In this document: piece after piece, positions 1 to 11,440 of the stretch
How positions within the stretch are numbered: position 1 is the first letter of the stretch
Layout: each line of letters opens with the position of its first letter
Assembly: GCA_002269645.1 (NCBI GenBank)
Contig: NIVC01001272.1
Location: 248,001-312,000, forward strand
DNA length: 64,000 nt
Origin: Macrostomum lignano
Lineage: Eukaryota
Reading direction: 5' to 3'
Made by a program: the position numbers and the translations under genes
Notes under the pieces: model-generated
Database searches by the model: none
What the model was told of the DNA's origin: nothing
Seen by the model: the letters and a program-made list of their open reading frames with translations, nothing else

Positions 1-395
1 GCATTCTTGGCTTCATCAGCTTTCCGCTCCTCGCAACGGAGGATGGTCAGCTGAGTCAGACTGTAAAGGCTTTGGCAGTTGAATGCTCTGTTTATTTGAG
101 TCAATCGAGTGATTGAAAAGGACTTAAAATAATTGCATTTCTGGTTTCGTGTATTTATAGATGAAATTGGGGTTTTAGGAAAGTTCTGGAAAAACGTGCA
201 TCGTTATAACAAAACTAAGTTGTATGTACGTATTGCTCAAATAGTGACTAAGTGTTACAGTACAAGAATTCATGTAAATTAATAATTAACTATGCATAAT
301 CGGTGTAGAAATAATATTGTGAACTTGATGGAAATTTCAGGAAAAGCGTAGAATATTTAAAATTACCATATCGGGAAATTTCTATTATTCATACG

Positions 396-1255
396 CTAAA
401 GAAAGTTCGCGAAGGTCACTACAAGACCAATATGGATTGTGGACTTAGGCGGCAAGTGCTCAGCCCAGTCATTAGAGAGCCCTAGGATCACCGTAGCCCC
501 CTTCTCCTTGCGGGAAGTGGCGTGGTGTAGGAGCCCGTTGACCTCAAGGTCAGGGTGCAGCTTTAGCAATATTTGCCTAAGCTGATCTCCGGACTTAATG
601 GCACTGCCGGCCAGGATCCAGACGCGAAAGCGCTGGCGAAGACGAGCTTGCCGAGCTTCTTGGGCCAGTTCAGCTTTGGCAGAAGCTCGCGTAGACTGCG
701 GCTGCTCTCCTCCGAGCTGCACCAGATGAAGATGCAGCCGTCGGTCTTGGCGGACTTGACCACGCTCACAGGGCGGCCCGCCAGGAGCTGGTCGATGAGC
801 GCAGCATCGATGGTGCGCCAGGCACTGTCGAGCTCGTCGGCCGTGAGGTCTTGCTCTTCCCCGAAGACGATGACCGCCGGTTGGAGCTTGACCTTTGAGG
901 CGTAATTAGTGCGGCGGTTCCCCAGCTCACCAGCGGGGGTTGTATCCTTGGGGGCATGGGTTGCTGTGGCTCCTTTCGGGCCAACAGCAGCCTCGTCCTC
1001 CCTAGGTTCCCCCTCCGCCGGTGGTCGGCCCGCAGTCGCCGTCGCCGCTCGTTGCGGCGTTGGTTGCGGGCGCGTCGGGCTTCAGCGGAGGGCCCGGTTG
1101 CGCGTGCGGGCATGTCACCGGCCGAGCCGGCGGCAAGCCCATCTGCCCCCAGTGGGGCGGCGCTCGTGCCAGAGTCACCGGCCGGAGTTGCCGGGGCCCC
1201 GGCTTCAGCGGGGTTGAAAGAGGCGGATAACGCCATAGCTGAAAGCGGGAAGGAT
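396..1255 (-). pseudogene. Relic of a non-LTR retrotransposon ORF1 (DUF4780-like, LOA-type), frameshifted and truncated
   Basis: Stitching minus-strand frames gives RRARNQRRNERRRR...YASKVKLQPAVIVFGEEQDLT...GCIFIWCSSEESSRSL...RVWILAG...LRQILLKLHPDL...GATVILGLSNDWAEHL..IHIGL. The last part aligns by eye with the ORF1 tail of the LINE at 26012 ([21 protein letters not shown]). There are at least two frame changes (~1010, ~650), and no ORF2 follows. Confidence 0.55.
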
Positions 1256-1860
1256 GAGATGAGGCACGGTGCTGATGAGATGAGACGCTTCGCTTCGCTG
1301 AAGGCCATCTCGCATTTTGCGTCCCAGTTCCATGGCGTGTCCTTGCGCAGGAGCGCTGTTAGCGGCTCGGCGACGTGAGACAGGTTCTTGATGTAGAACT
1401 GGAAGAACTTTGCAAAGCCAAGGAATGAGGCTAACTTTGCCGTATTGGTGGGTGCCTTGAGTCCCGATACGGACCCGGTGTGCGACTAACTAATGGTTAA
1501 CTGATTAACTAATGGTGACGCGGTGCCCAACGAACTCGATCTCCGACGCCTTGAAGGTTGCACTTCTTGAGGTTGACGGTTACTCGATGCTGCAGCAGCT
1601 TGTCCAGTACCTGAAGTACGCGACTTTCGTGCTCAGCTTCAGTACCGGCGTGAACGGCGATGTCGTCTTGATAGTGAACGACGCCTCTGATGCCTTGGAG
1701 GATCTTGCCGACGACCTTCTGGAAGGCCGCCGGATCCGAGCTGATGCCGAACGGCATGCGTCTGAAACGGTAGAGGCCGAATTCGGTGTGGAAGCAGGTC
1801 AGATTCTTGGCGTCATCGTGCAGAGGCAGCTGTAGATACGACTGGTTGAGGTTGATTCGT
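1256..1860 (-). pseudogene. Ty3/Gypsy LTR-retrotransposon pol fragment (RT core and thumb/connection)
   Basis: YLQLPLHDDAKNLTCFHTEFGLYRFRRMPFGISS..AAFQ...YQDD (YxDD)...VNLKKC, then after a break FLGFAKFFQFYIKNLSHVAEPLTALLRKDTPWNWDAKCEMAFSEAKRLISSAPCL. No LTR, RNase H or integrase is seen. Confidence 0.85.
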
Positions 1861-2162
1861 GAGAAAAACTTCGAATTGTAAACCTCAAATATATTACTAA
1901 TTTAAAATTTTAAAACACGTTTCCATTCTTTTGAATTAGAATAGCAGGTATGTTCAGAGCTAAAATAATTCTGGTTTAACAATTTTATGCCTTACTTTAT
2001 TTCATTCACAACTCTCGCTGCACTACTCATAGTAAAGTAGTAAAGATGTATCAATGTTGTTGCAACTACATTGCCAATTTTGACAATGGCACGACAAAGA
2101 ATCTCTTGTGACAACATTGATGTCAACAATTCAGCAACACGAGGAATATCCGTAAAAAGGAA

Positions 2163-2730
2163 TACATTCTGTCAGTCTTCAGTTTCTAGATAGCCCAATA
2201 ACAGGCTAAACTGATGGAAACATAAAAAACACAATTTATTGTGCGTACTGTGCTTCTGGGCATAAAGCTACTCCTAATGAGCATATTGGTCTCTTTAACT
2301 TAGAAAGAAGCAATATCCCGGAGAAAGAAATGCATTCTGTCAGTCTTCAGTTTCTAGATAGCCCAATAACAGGCTAAACTGATAGAAACACAAAAAACAC
2401 AATTTATTGTGCGTACTGTGCTTCTGGGCATAAAGCTACTCCTAATGAGCATATTGGTCTCTTTAACTTAGAAAGAAGCAATATCCCGGAGAAAGAAATG
2501 CATTCTGTCAGTCTTCAGTTTCTAGATAGCCCAATAACAGGCTAAACTGATGGAAACACAAAAAACACAATTTATTGTGCGTACTGTGCTTCTGGGCATA
2601 AAGCTACTCCTAATGAGCATATTGGTCTCTTTAACTTAGAAAGAAGCAATATCCCGGAGAAAGAAATGCACTCTGTCAGTCTGCAGTTTCTAGTTAGCCC
2701 AAGCTAAACTGATGGAAACACAAAAAACAC
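2163..2730. repeat. 168-bp tandem repeat, ~3.4 copies
   Basis: The (A/C)TTCTGTCAGTC anchor recurs at 2166, 2334, 2502 and 2670 (period 168). Confidence 0.9.
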
Positions 2731-3422
2731 ATGAAATTGGGCATTTTACATAAAATACATGAAAAATATTGGAAATTGCAGAGTAATATTTTTATTTACA
2801 AATCAAGAAAAATTAATAATTCTTGATGTATATTTTTGAAATATTAATTATAGTTAGGAGAAAAAACAAGAAAGAATTTTATGAGTCAAGAATGTTATAA
2901 ATATACAGAATTTTTTAATTTTTTTATAATTACAATGAAATCAAATATAAAAATATTTATTGGCTAGTAATATTACATAAAATTACAAGTAATTAAATAG
3001 GCTAGTATAGTCAATATTTTTACTGCATGTTATAGTTATTATTTTATAAAAGTATACTAAGTGCCTGCCTGATATAATTGAATTTATACTTAATGGAAAA
3101 GCACTATGGAATCTTAAATAGATATTATGTTTATAATTTGACTTATTAGAAGAAAAGAAATATTAAAATAGAGGTTTTAACAAGTTGTAAAAAGCATCAA
3201 GCCAAGAAATGCCAATTTTATTTTATTGCCTATACTGATATTAACACTTTGACTGCATTTTTGAAGACGTAATTGAAAAATAAATCTAAAAATATAGGAA
3301 GTAAAACAGCATAAAAGGCTTCATTATTAAGTATGGCCACAAAAATACCACACGGCGTATAAATACGCTCGTATAATGTATTTTTTATGCGCAAGTGCGC
3401 TGTTACTGCCTGCTGCCACGTT

Positions 3423-6400
3423 GTAGTAGTAGTAGTAGTAGTAAGTTGGCTCAGGCAAGAAGCCTGTTTGGCCAATATATTTCTATGTATTTAAGATTGC
3501 TTCAGGAATAGGAGACAATATTTTAGCACTAGTTATTTAATTATGATTAGTACGAGTTTTGCAAAATGGTATTTGAAAGAACGCGGAAAAGTTATTAACG
3601 ATACTTGGACGACTAACGAAGCGAAAGAAAAAGCAAGGAGTTAAAAAAAGTATTGCAGTTAATAAAAGTAAAAACGAAAGAAAAATGAACAAAAACGAAC
3701 TTCGAAGGGACTTTACGTTAAGCGAATGACGACGATTTAAATAGGTATTAGATAGGAAACTAATTAAATACTAATTAAGTGCTAATTAAGTAGGAAATTA
3801 AAAATGGGAAAGGCGGATTTATTTCACTGCTGATATGTCTGTTTCAGTTTGCATAACTGTTTTAGCTATTCATGACTTCGTATATTTTAGCTACACCAGT
3901 GAGCTCTTTTCTGACTCTTTTTTCATTTGTAGCATATCCTAACTTGTGTACTTGCTTGTCATTTAGGAGGTACTGACAGAAGTATTTTTTTCTGAACTTT
4001 TCGGTTTGTGGACATTCGGTCAAGTAGTGTAGGATATCGGAACCATTTCTCGCTCCACACAGTCTACATGGTTCATGAGAGAAAATGTTGGGTGTAATTT
4101 CGCATTTCAGTTTTAGGAGGGTTGTTAGGAATTTTTTGTTTCTAAAAGTGCATGGAAAGTAATCTGAAAGATCAGGCCTGCAGATTTTTTTGTAGAGATA
4201 GGCGTTTTTATAGAGTTTAATATGTTGCTGATTCTCTAGCTTTTGGCTAAGTTCTCTTTCTCTGTGTATCTTGAGGTGCTTTTTCACTAGGTATTTCTCG
4301 TTATTAAAGCTTTGGGAAAGTTTATCTTCAGTTAGTGCTTTTAAGTCTATACTTTCCAGTTTCTTTAGTATATTTGTTTTCCATGGATTTTTTTGGCTGG
4401 TGTTTGAGTAGAAAATTTCTAGTGTCGTTTGGCAAAGTTTTTGATGTCTAATCTTCAGCCAGTAGGTAAGATAGGTTTTAGCAATTCGTTGGGAGATTGG
4501 AGTAAGCTCAAGTTCTGATGATATCACACTGTTGCTAGCAAATTTTGGTAGATTGAGGAGATATTTGTAGAATTTCAGCTGAATGTTATCAATAGCTTTT
4601 GTTTCAGAAATGGTAGCCAGAGGGCCCCAGAGCTCACAGCCGTACGTGATAACGGGGGTGACAAGCGCGTCGAATAGTCTGCGAATGAGTGTGATGTCCA
4701 GGGACGTATTTTTTACCTTGTGGAGTAGGGAAAACATAGCTGAATAACCCTGCTTAGTTTGATGTTCAATACATTTTTTAAAGCTGTTTTTTGGTTCAAA
4801 AATAATTCCCAGGTATTTAAATTCATTTACTTCCTCTATTTCTTGGTTGTCGTAGATTATTTTTGTAGCAAAACTTTCTGTGTCATTTTTTTGTCTGGTA
4901 CTGCCCTGCATAAACTTTGTTTTGCTTGCATTAACTTTCAAGTAGTTTTGCTTGCAGTAATTTTCCATAGTTGTAAATGTGTCTTGAAGTTCATCTTTGT
5001 TTTTAGCTAGAATGGCTTGATCGTCCGCAAAGAGCAGGATGAGTGGGAAAGCAGATCTCGTAAGAGAGCGCCTAGCGCTAGAGAGTTCAAGATATTCAAC
5101 AATGTCGTCAATATATAGTTCAAAAAGGATGGTAGAGAGAGGGTTACCTTGAAGAACACCTTTAGATATTGGGATTGGCTGGGTTTCATCATCATCATCA
5201 TCTTTCTTTAGAATGAAACAGGCATTTTTATGCATGTTCTTGATAAGTTCTGTCATTTGACCTTTAATACCTTGGTTATCCGTTTTGTGCCAAAGGGTCG
5301 GTTGATTTAAGCTATCGAAGGCTTTTTCATAGTCAACAAAACCGATAAAGAGTTCATTTTTGTTGTAGATGGACTGGTTTATAATGTTGTAAAGATTAAA
5401 ACATTGGTCGATTGTGCTGTGATTGGGCTTGAAACCGTATTGGTATTTTGATATAAGATTGTTAGCGTATGCTAGGTTTTCAAGTCTGGATTTAATAATT
5501 TGGCAAAAGAGCTTGCCAAAAATTGGTTGAATGCAGATTCCTCTGTAATTGTTGGGGTCGGCACTGCTGCCTTTGTTTTTATAAATCGGATGAAGAGTAT
5601 TTGTAATCCAACTAGTTGGAAAGGTTCCTTGTTTGAGTGCTTCGTTGAAAAGTGAGCATAGGAGGTCAGTAAGTTCGTTTTCAAGGTATTTGAGTGTTTC
5701 TACATATACTTTATCATGCCCAGGTGCTTTGTCGGTTTTGAGCTTTTTAATATGTTTTATAACTTCTTCTTTGGTGAATGGGGCATTGAAATCCTCTAAA
5801 TTAGTCAGAATAGGGTTGTCAAGGTGAAGATTGTATGCTAGTCTAATGCTGCTGTCTTGTTCAGTTACAAGATTTTGAAAGTGTATGACAAATTTTTCGT
5901 CAATTGCTGCATTGTTATTGGGGCGGTTATGTGGTTTCAGTAATTGCCAAAGCTGTCTTGTATCATTTTGAATATAAGCCTGGTTTATCATGTTTTCTGC
6001 ACACAGTATTGATTCATGTTTCCAAGAAATCAAGCTTTTTTCATATGTTTTTTTAAGCTGTATTTTGGATGCGAGGTTGCTACTTGTGGGGAACATCTTA
6101 TATCTTCTGCTGGCATGCCTGGTGGCATTTCTCAGGTCTTTAAGAAATTGTGGCAATGCTGAACAGAGAGGGTTTTTTGTTTCTACTGTGATTTTACTTT
6201 GGATTTGCTGAACTTTCTTGCTTAAATTATGGATGAAAGCTGGGTTTTGCATGTCGAGATTTGGGATTTTATTCTCCAGATCCTTTAGATCATCTGAGAA
6301 GCAATTGATATGTTTTTCTTGTTGTGGGGTGGGTTTATCTAGTTTTCTTAATATCCGGAATTTTGTTCTTTGGTTATTGGTTGCTTGTTTTGTTTCTGTA

Positions 6401-7560
6401 ATCTCTGCTGTGAATTTACATGATAATGAGAGTATAATTTGATTGTGGTCACTAAGGTAAGTATGGTTTCTTACTTTAAAGTCTTCAAAGTGCTCAAGTA
6501 AGTTGCTAGAGACAAAACAGAGGTCAATTACAGATGAACCAGTTTTGGAGATAAAGGTAAGTGTTCCAGTTGCATCAGATAGGGATCTACCATTGATTAT
6601 ATGCAAGTTATATGAGTTTGTGATTTGGTTTAATAATCTACCACTTTTACAGGTTTTTTTGTCTTGGCTTTGCCTATAGAGTGAGATATTTTTTGCCTTT
6701 AAAGTGCTTATTCTATGCAAATCTATATGATCAGTATTGTAAGTATGTGCATTAAAATCTCCCACCAGGATTATGTTTTCTTCAGAATGATGTGCATCAA
6801 GTATTAGTGCTAACTGTTCCCAAGACTCTTCTTCATAGTATTTTGAAGATGTTGGTGGTATGTAAGAGTTGATAACAGTGAAATTTTTGCTTTTGTCCTT
6901 TTTGTTTTTAAAGTTTAATGTCAAAAAATTGTTGTAATTATTGAATGACTCAGTCACATTGAAATGTGTTTCTAGTGATTTTTTATAAGCAGTCAGTAGG
7001 CCGCCAGATGCCCTACCAGTAGAACTGCTTCCTTTTTTGTTTGCAGACTTTTGGAAAATTGTGTAGTTGTCACGCAATTTGTCAGTGCTGAGAAGCCTAT
7101 CATTGCTTTTTGTGTCAATTATCCAAGTTTCTTGAAGGCAGAAAATATCATGCTTAAAAATTGGTTCAGCTTCTAACAATTCAAGCTTGGGAATCATCAC
7201 TGAGTCTTTTATAGTATAAAGTCCTGTAATATTCCAACTGCTAATTGTGAAATTTTGTTTAATCTTTTTAATATTGAGTTCAGAGAGTTTTGATTTAGTA
7301 TTTTGAGATATTTTTATGTTCCTATGAGTGATACTATTATTAATCAAGATAAGATAATCTCTAGTGTACTGAATCCGCTTCTTTTTAGTCCTATTAGCAT
7401 CAGTAGATTTATTAATACATCTAGTATCAAAAAGTTGCGCAATAAAGACTCGCAGTTCGAAATATTTTTTAATGTTTTCGCTTTGCATTAAAATAAATAG
7501 CTTAACAGTCAACAACACAAAAGTGAGTGCAAAAATGCTGATGAAAGTGATAAAACTTTA
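3423..7560 (-). mobile_element. RTE/RTEX-like non-LTR retrotransposon, apparently intact single ORF, (CTA)n 3' tail
   Basis: The ORF at 3862-7518 encodes APE + RT + C-terminal Cys/His motif. It is followed by a ~420-bp 3' UTR ending in a stem-loop and (CTA)7 (plus strand GTA x7, 3423-3443). The 5' boundary and TSD were not found, and the clade call is inferred from the GVLQGNPLSTILF motif and tail type. Confidence 0.8.
3862..7518 (-). CDS. Endonuclease/reverse transcriptase polyprotein (1218 aa from TTG; first ATG is MQSENIK)
   Basis: APE motifs SWNITGL, CLQETW, YIPP, GDFNAH, IDL and SDH. RT motifs KAPGHD, NYRGI, QYGFK, FVDYEKAFDS, GVLQG, LFADD and YLG. C-terminal CRLC..DILHYLTEC. No internal stops. 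Confidence 0.92.
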   Translation of the reverse strand: MLLTVKLFILMQSENIKKYFELRVFIAQLFDTRCINKSTDANRTKKKRIQYTRDYLILINNSITHRNIKISQNTKSKLSELNIKKIKQNFTISSWNITGLYTIKDSVMIPKLELLEAEPIFKHDIFCLQETWIIDTKSNDRLLSTDKLRDNYTIFQKSANKKGSSSTGRASGGLLTAYKKSLETHFNVTESFNNYNNFLTLNFKNKKDKSKNFTVINSYIPPTSSKYYEEESWEQLALILDAHHSEENIILVGDFNAHTYNTDHIDLHRISTLKAKNISLYRQSQDKKTCKSGRLLNQITNSYNLHIINGRSLSDATGTLTFISKTGSSVIDLCFVSSNLLEHFEDFKVRNHTYLSDHNQIILSLSCKFTAEITETKQATNNQRTKFRILRKLDKPTPQQEKHINCFSDDLKDLENKIPNLDMQNPAFIHNLSKKVQQIQSKITVETKNPLCSALPQFLKDLRNATRHASRRYKMFPTSSNLASKIQLKKTYEKSLISWKHESILCAENMINQAYIQNDTRQLWQLLKPHNRPNNNAAIDEKFVIHFQNLVTEQDSSIRLAYNLHLDNPILTNLEDFNAPFTKEEVIKHIKKLKTDKAPGHDKVYVETLKYLENELTDLLCSLFNEALKQGTFPTSWITNTLHPIYKNKGSSADPNNYRGICIQPIFGKLFCQIIKSRLENLAYANNLISKYQYGFKPNHSTIDQCFNLYNIINQSIYNKNELFIGFVDYEKAFDSLNQPTLWHKTDNQGIKGQMTELIKNMHKNACFILKKDDDDDETQPIPISKGVLQGNPLSTILFELYIDDIVEYLELSSARRSLTRSAFPLILLFADDQAILAKNKDELQDTFTTMENYCKQNYLKVNASKTKFMQGSTRQKNDTESFATKIIYDNQEIEEVNEFKYLGIIFEPKNSFKKCIEHQTKQGYSAMFSLLHKVKNTSLDITLIRRLFDALVTPVITYGCELWGPLATISETKAIDNIQLKFYKYLLNLPKFASNSVISSELELTPISQRIAKTYLTYWLKIRHQKLCQTTLEIFYSNTSQKNPWKTNILKKLESIDLKALTEDKLSQSFNNEKYLVKKHLKIHRERELSQKLENQQHIKLYKNAYLYKKICRPDLSDYFPCTFRNKKFLTTLLKLKCEITPNIFSHEPCRLCGARNGSDILHYLTECPQTEKFRKKYFCQYLLNDKQVHKLGYATNEKRVRKELTGVAKIYEVMNS

Positions 7561-8010
7561 CTTTGTAACTTTTTTAATAGGAAAATTTACTATTTTTCGA
7601 CTCGGGAAACGCACTTAATTTCGTTCACCGCGGAGTTCAGCGGCAGTCATTCAACACCGGAATTTAACAAAAAACGTTCTCCTGCAGTTCAGGAGCAACG
7701 CGCAACGCTAAAATTTTATGCGCACGTCGAAATCTGCCTATATTTTGCTTTGAAATATTGCATGACAGGTTTTCAGCTCTCTGGAAGGATTTATTGGGTT
7801 CACCGCCGGTTTCACCCCCCAAAAAATAACAAAAATCGCCCTCCTGATGTCCAGGGGCAACGCGCAGAGCCAAAAATCTAGGCGCATCTCTAGTTTTACT
7901 TGCGCTATTGATTATGTATATTTTTAAGCCCTAAAAATAAAGTTAAAAATCCGGTGAACCCAACAGCCGGTGAATTCAGTAGTTAGTTGTTGGTTTTTAC
8001 TTAGCATAAA

Positions 8011-8105
8011 TATTGCCTTCTATTCTTGATTGAATTATTCTTAAATACACTGAAATATATTGGCCAAACAGGCTTCTTGCTTGAGCCAAACTTACTAATA
8101 CTACT
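8011..8105 (+). mobile_element. Short 5'-truncated copy of the 3' end of the same LINE family, in inverted orientation
   Basis: 8039-8105 matches the reverse complement of 3430-3496 with about 5 differences, including the CTA-type tail. Weaker similarity extends to ~8011. Confidence 0.8.
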
Positions 8106-8552
8106 GCTCGCTCTCTATTTAAGTTGGTAGTCTGATAGCTCTCTCCAGCTTTTGGCAGTTAACGGCAACGGTTGGCTGCAGAAAAATTCTAATACTGATT
8201 ACATTAACATAGTCTGTCTATGATTCAGAGTTTTAGACCTTCATTCTTGTCATCTTGATTCCATCAAATTGTACAATTTAGTCAGTGCAGTGTACTTCTC
8301 AGGTCACAGGCTCACGCCTCACAGTTCAATTTATAGGCCTAGATCTGCCCAATGCATAGGCCTAATAGCATATTGCTAGGCCTAATGCAATGCAATGTCA
8401 ATATAGATAGAGTTGGGATAAGATAAACAGTTTTGAGATGGATAGTATAGTATTTGCTATTTGGATCCCAACCCTATTGGAATAAATGTTAAAAACCCGC
8501 GGACGCGCGCTTTAGAAAAGAGTCAAACTATTTTACCGCGCTTTAGGATTAT

Positions 8553-8864
8553 TAGAGATGTTCCGAAAGATCTGCAGTTTTGTCGAAATCAAAATTCGCT
8601 AACTTTCCAAAATCAAAATTGAAATTTCCCGAAATCATAATTCAGAAAAACAAAGTTTAGTATGATCAACACTCACTTTTTTACTTTCAATTTACTGCTT
8701 AAGCAAAAAGTAATACATGTATATGTAGTAGAAAGTAGTTTATTTTTAGCGACTTTTTAGACACTACCAAAATTTTCACTTCTAAATTTTATTTCGAAAT
8801 TGAAATTCGCTCTAAAAAATTTCAAATTTTGGAAAATTGAAATTGAATTTTCGGAACATCTCTA
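8553..8864. mobile_element. Non-autonomous hAT-like MITE (312 bp)
   Basis: Perfect 16-bp TIR TAGAGATGTTCCGAAA (8553-8568) / TTTCGGAACATCTCTA (8849-8864), with internal CGAAAT..AAATTCGC subterminal repeats. The flanking 8-mers match only 5/8 (decayed TSD). Confidence 0.65.
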
Positions 8865-9188
8865 AGCTTAATAAATTACGAGTGTATAAGCCCCTTCAAC
8901 AGAGGTATTATACCCATTTCTATATGTATGTATTTGCTGGAGCAGCAGCCAGTAAGATAGGGCAGCGTGCACAGGCGCTGCGCCTGTGCGCGCGCTGCGC
9001 TTTAGAAAAATTTCAAAAGTGCGCCGGACACCGTCCGCAGTTTTACAACTTTTTCCTATAGGGGATCCCAAGTGACTTTGCATTGACTTTGTGTGACTTT
9101 GCATTGTTTACTTGTTGCCAGGGTTTGCTAGGGTCTAGATAATTTAATATAGGCCTAAGAATCCTCTTCCTAGGCTAGGGCAGGGCCC

Positions 9189-9611
9189 GCAGGTAGAAGT
9201 CAGACAGGATCCCAATCCTAATCCCAAAATCTTGGGATCTTGAGGAAAATTGGATTCCCGTTGGACTAGAATCCCAACCCTAAAAAACTGATCAGGAATA
9301 GGTCTTTTGATCAGGCCCTCTTAAAAATTTATAGAATTAGTAATTATTTGATGAATGTATTTTGTTTTAACTTGTACTTTTTGATATTAGGCCTACATTA
9401 TTATTTTGTTTGTTATAAAACTTTGAATTGATTTTGCCATGTTTTACTTTTAATCTTTGACATTTTTTGCTTAATTTTGTTCAACTTTATATAGACCTAC
9501 AAACTACAATACACTAAAAGACCTGATCCCAATTCCTAAATCCCAATCCTAAAAAATTATTCTCGATCCCATCCTAGCCAAAGATTTCAATCCTACCTGA
9601 CTTTTACCTGC
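9189..9611. mobile_element. MITE-like element
   Basis: Imperfect ~22-bp inverted termini GCAGGTAGAAGTCAGACAGGAT / ATCCTACCTGACTTTTACCTGC, with internal GATCCC repeats. No clear TSD. Confidence 0.45.
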
Positions 9612-10404
9612 AGGGGTAGAATATAAAGATAGAGCTAGGTCAAGGGCAGTTTGGGCTATATAGTTAGGGTAGGCCTTGGGAATAGCAAAGTGGTTGGACT
9701 GACATGCTAGAGCCAAGCAATACTGCCATATGCAATGTCTTGGCTAATATTTATTGATATAAATATAGCTAAAGCATAGCATTCATTAACATTAAAAAAA
9801 TCAATAAAATTTAGATTAAATCAAAAGTTAAAAAATAGATTAATTTTCATAATTTTTATAGTCTTAGGAAAAATATATAATAGCATATTTTATGCATAAT
9901 TTATATAAATTATACATTTTGGATAACCTATGCCATTGTGAGTAAAATTTTCTAATTAGCTTTTATTATGCACTACTCTGTTTTAAAAATTTCTACTAGG
10001 CTTTTGTTGTATGCTATGTGTGCCACTTCCCATATATTTTTTGTTGATGTCATTGTCAAAGAATATGTGCTAGAATTTTTTACTATAATGTATACCTTGA
10101 TTGTAAGAAAATAGTCCAAAATATATACTAAAGTACCTTTTATAGACTGAATAGTATAGTGATAAACTAGTAAATAACATTATGCTTTAAACTTTTTGAA
10201 ACTTTTTAGAGTTCTTAATGGATAACACTTTGAAATGGTCTTAATGGTGTGAATTTCTAGCTTCTAGATCTAGCATTTCTTTGAGTTCTTATTTAATAAA
10301 TTTTGCAAAAGATCTAGTAAATGTAGCTTTATTTCTATTGCTAATACATAATACTATCTAACTTTTATACATTGTGAGGCAAAACAATAATAGGTAGTCT
10401 GTAG

Positions 10405-11440
10405 GAGTAAACTGAACAAGTTCAAAAGTAGTCAGGGATACATAAGCCAGGCTGACCTGGGTACTGCTGATAGACAAAGACAATATATTTGGTAATACCA
10501 TTGTGACAGCACTCTGCAATGACATGCAGGCTGCTAGTTATAGTAATTACCAGGTATAGCAGGCAGCTTATTAGGCAAGTGAACAGCATTGGCAACAGGA
10601 CACAATGAGTAGACATACCATTTTTTCTAGGCCTTGAGCTGTCTATCAGGGCAACAATCAGTTTTTCTATGAACTTTAAAAAAGTCAGTAAGCTGCTAGA
10701 GTTCCAAAAAACCTAGGCATTATGTGACAGCTGCAACAGAAAATGAATTCTGAGCTTCTGGTGCCAGCAGTACATTTTTTGGCTTGGGTGATAGGGCTGC
10801 AACACAGAGTCAAGGCAATGGATACTACCCATGGACTTTGGTATAATCTACCTTAGTCATTAGCTTTCAAACAATCTCCATTTGTCCACCTTATCTATAC
10901 CATTGTTGTGTAGTGCTCTGGGTCATATTGAAGGTATCAAGTATATAGACTGTCCTAATACCACTTGCTTTTTTGTCTATCAGCTTCATTGCCAAAACAT
11001 CACCATTTCACATGTAGCAATCAGATAGAGGCACTGCTAGCATCTGCTGGAGCTTGATTAGAATACCATGGTCACAGCAAACAATTCCTATTAGTAAGGT
11101 ATTGCAAGCTAGTAGAAACTTGGTCAATTGTTGGGAGGAAAAATAATTGTCAACAAACATCCTGTAACCAAGATTTAGCAGGTCCTTTGATAGTTCCACC
11201 ACTATTTGCTTGCTGATAGACAGGTTGTAGTCACTGCCAAACTTGCTGTTTTCTTTAGCTGTCAAATGAACAAAGACATTCCATAAGTAACGGGTCTTAG
11301 AGTCACAAAGACAATAAGTCTTGATTCCATATCTAGCCTGCTTTCTAGGAATATACTGTTTGAATGCTAGTTGTCCTTTGTGCTAAACAAGCTCAAAGCT
11401 ATTGGACTTGTCACTTGTAAGAAGTTTATAAAGACTCATT
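10405..11440 (-). pseudogene. Degenerate piggyBac transposase relic
   Basis: Broken frames give KGQLAFKQYIPRKQARYGIKTYCLCDSKT, LGYRMFVDNYFSS, MGSIHCLDSVLQPY, WHQKLRIHFLLQLSHNA and a decayed C-terminal Cys-rich domain (QPGLCIPDYF), with multiple stops and frameshifts. Confidence 0.8.

Noticed and set aside
1-61. Possible minus-strand exon (CTTTACAG acceptor, LTQLTILRCEERKADEAKN)
   Set aside because: Only 60 bp lie inside the window and no motif is recognisable, so it cannot be supported.
2030-2330. Possible BED-finger/hAT remnant (NGTTKNLL..H) feeding the 168-bp repeat
   Set aside because: The similarity is too short and interrupted by stops; only the repeat is reported.
7620-7975. TTCACCG(C)GG / CCGGTGAA inverted motifs upstream of the LINE
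   Set aside because: Short, multiple and without defined termini or TSD; it could be a LINE promoter or MITE debris.
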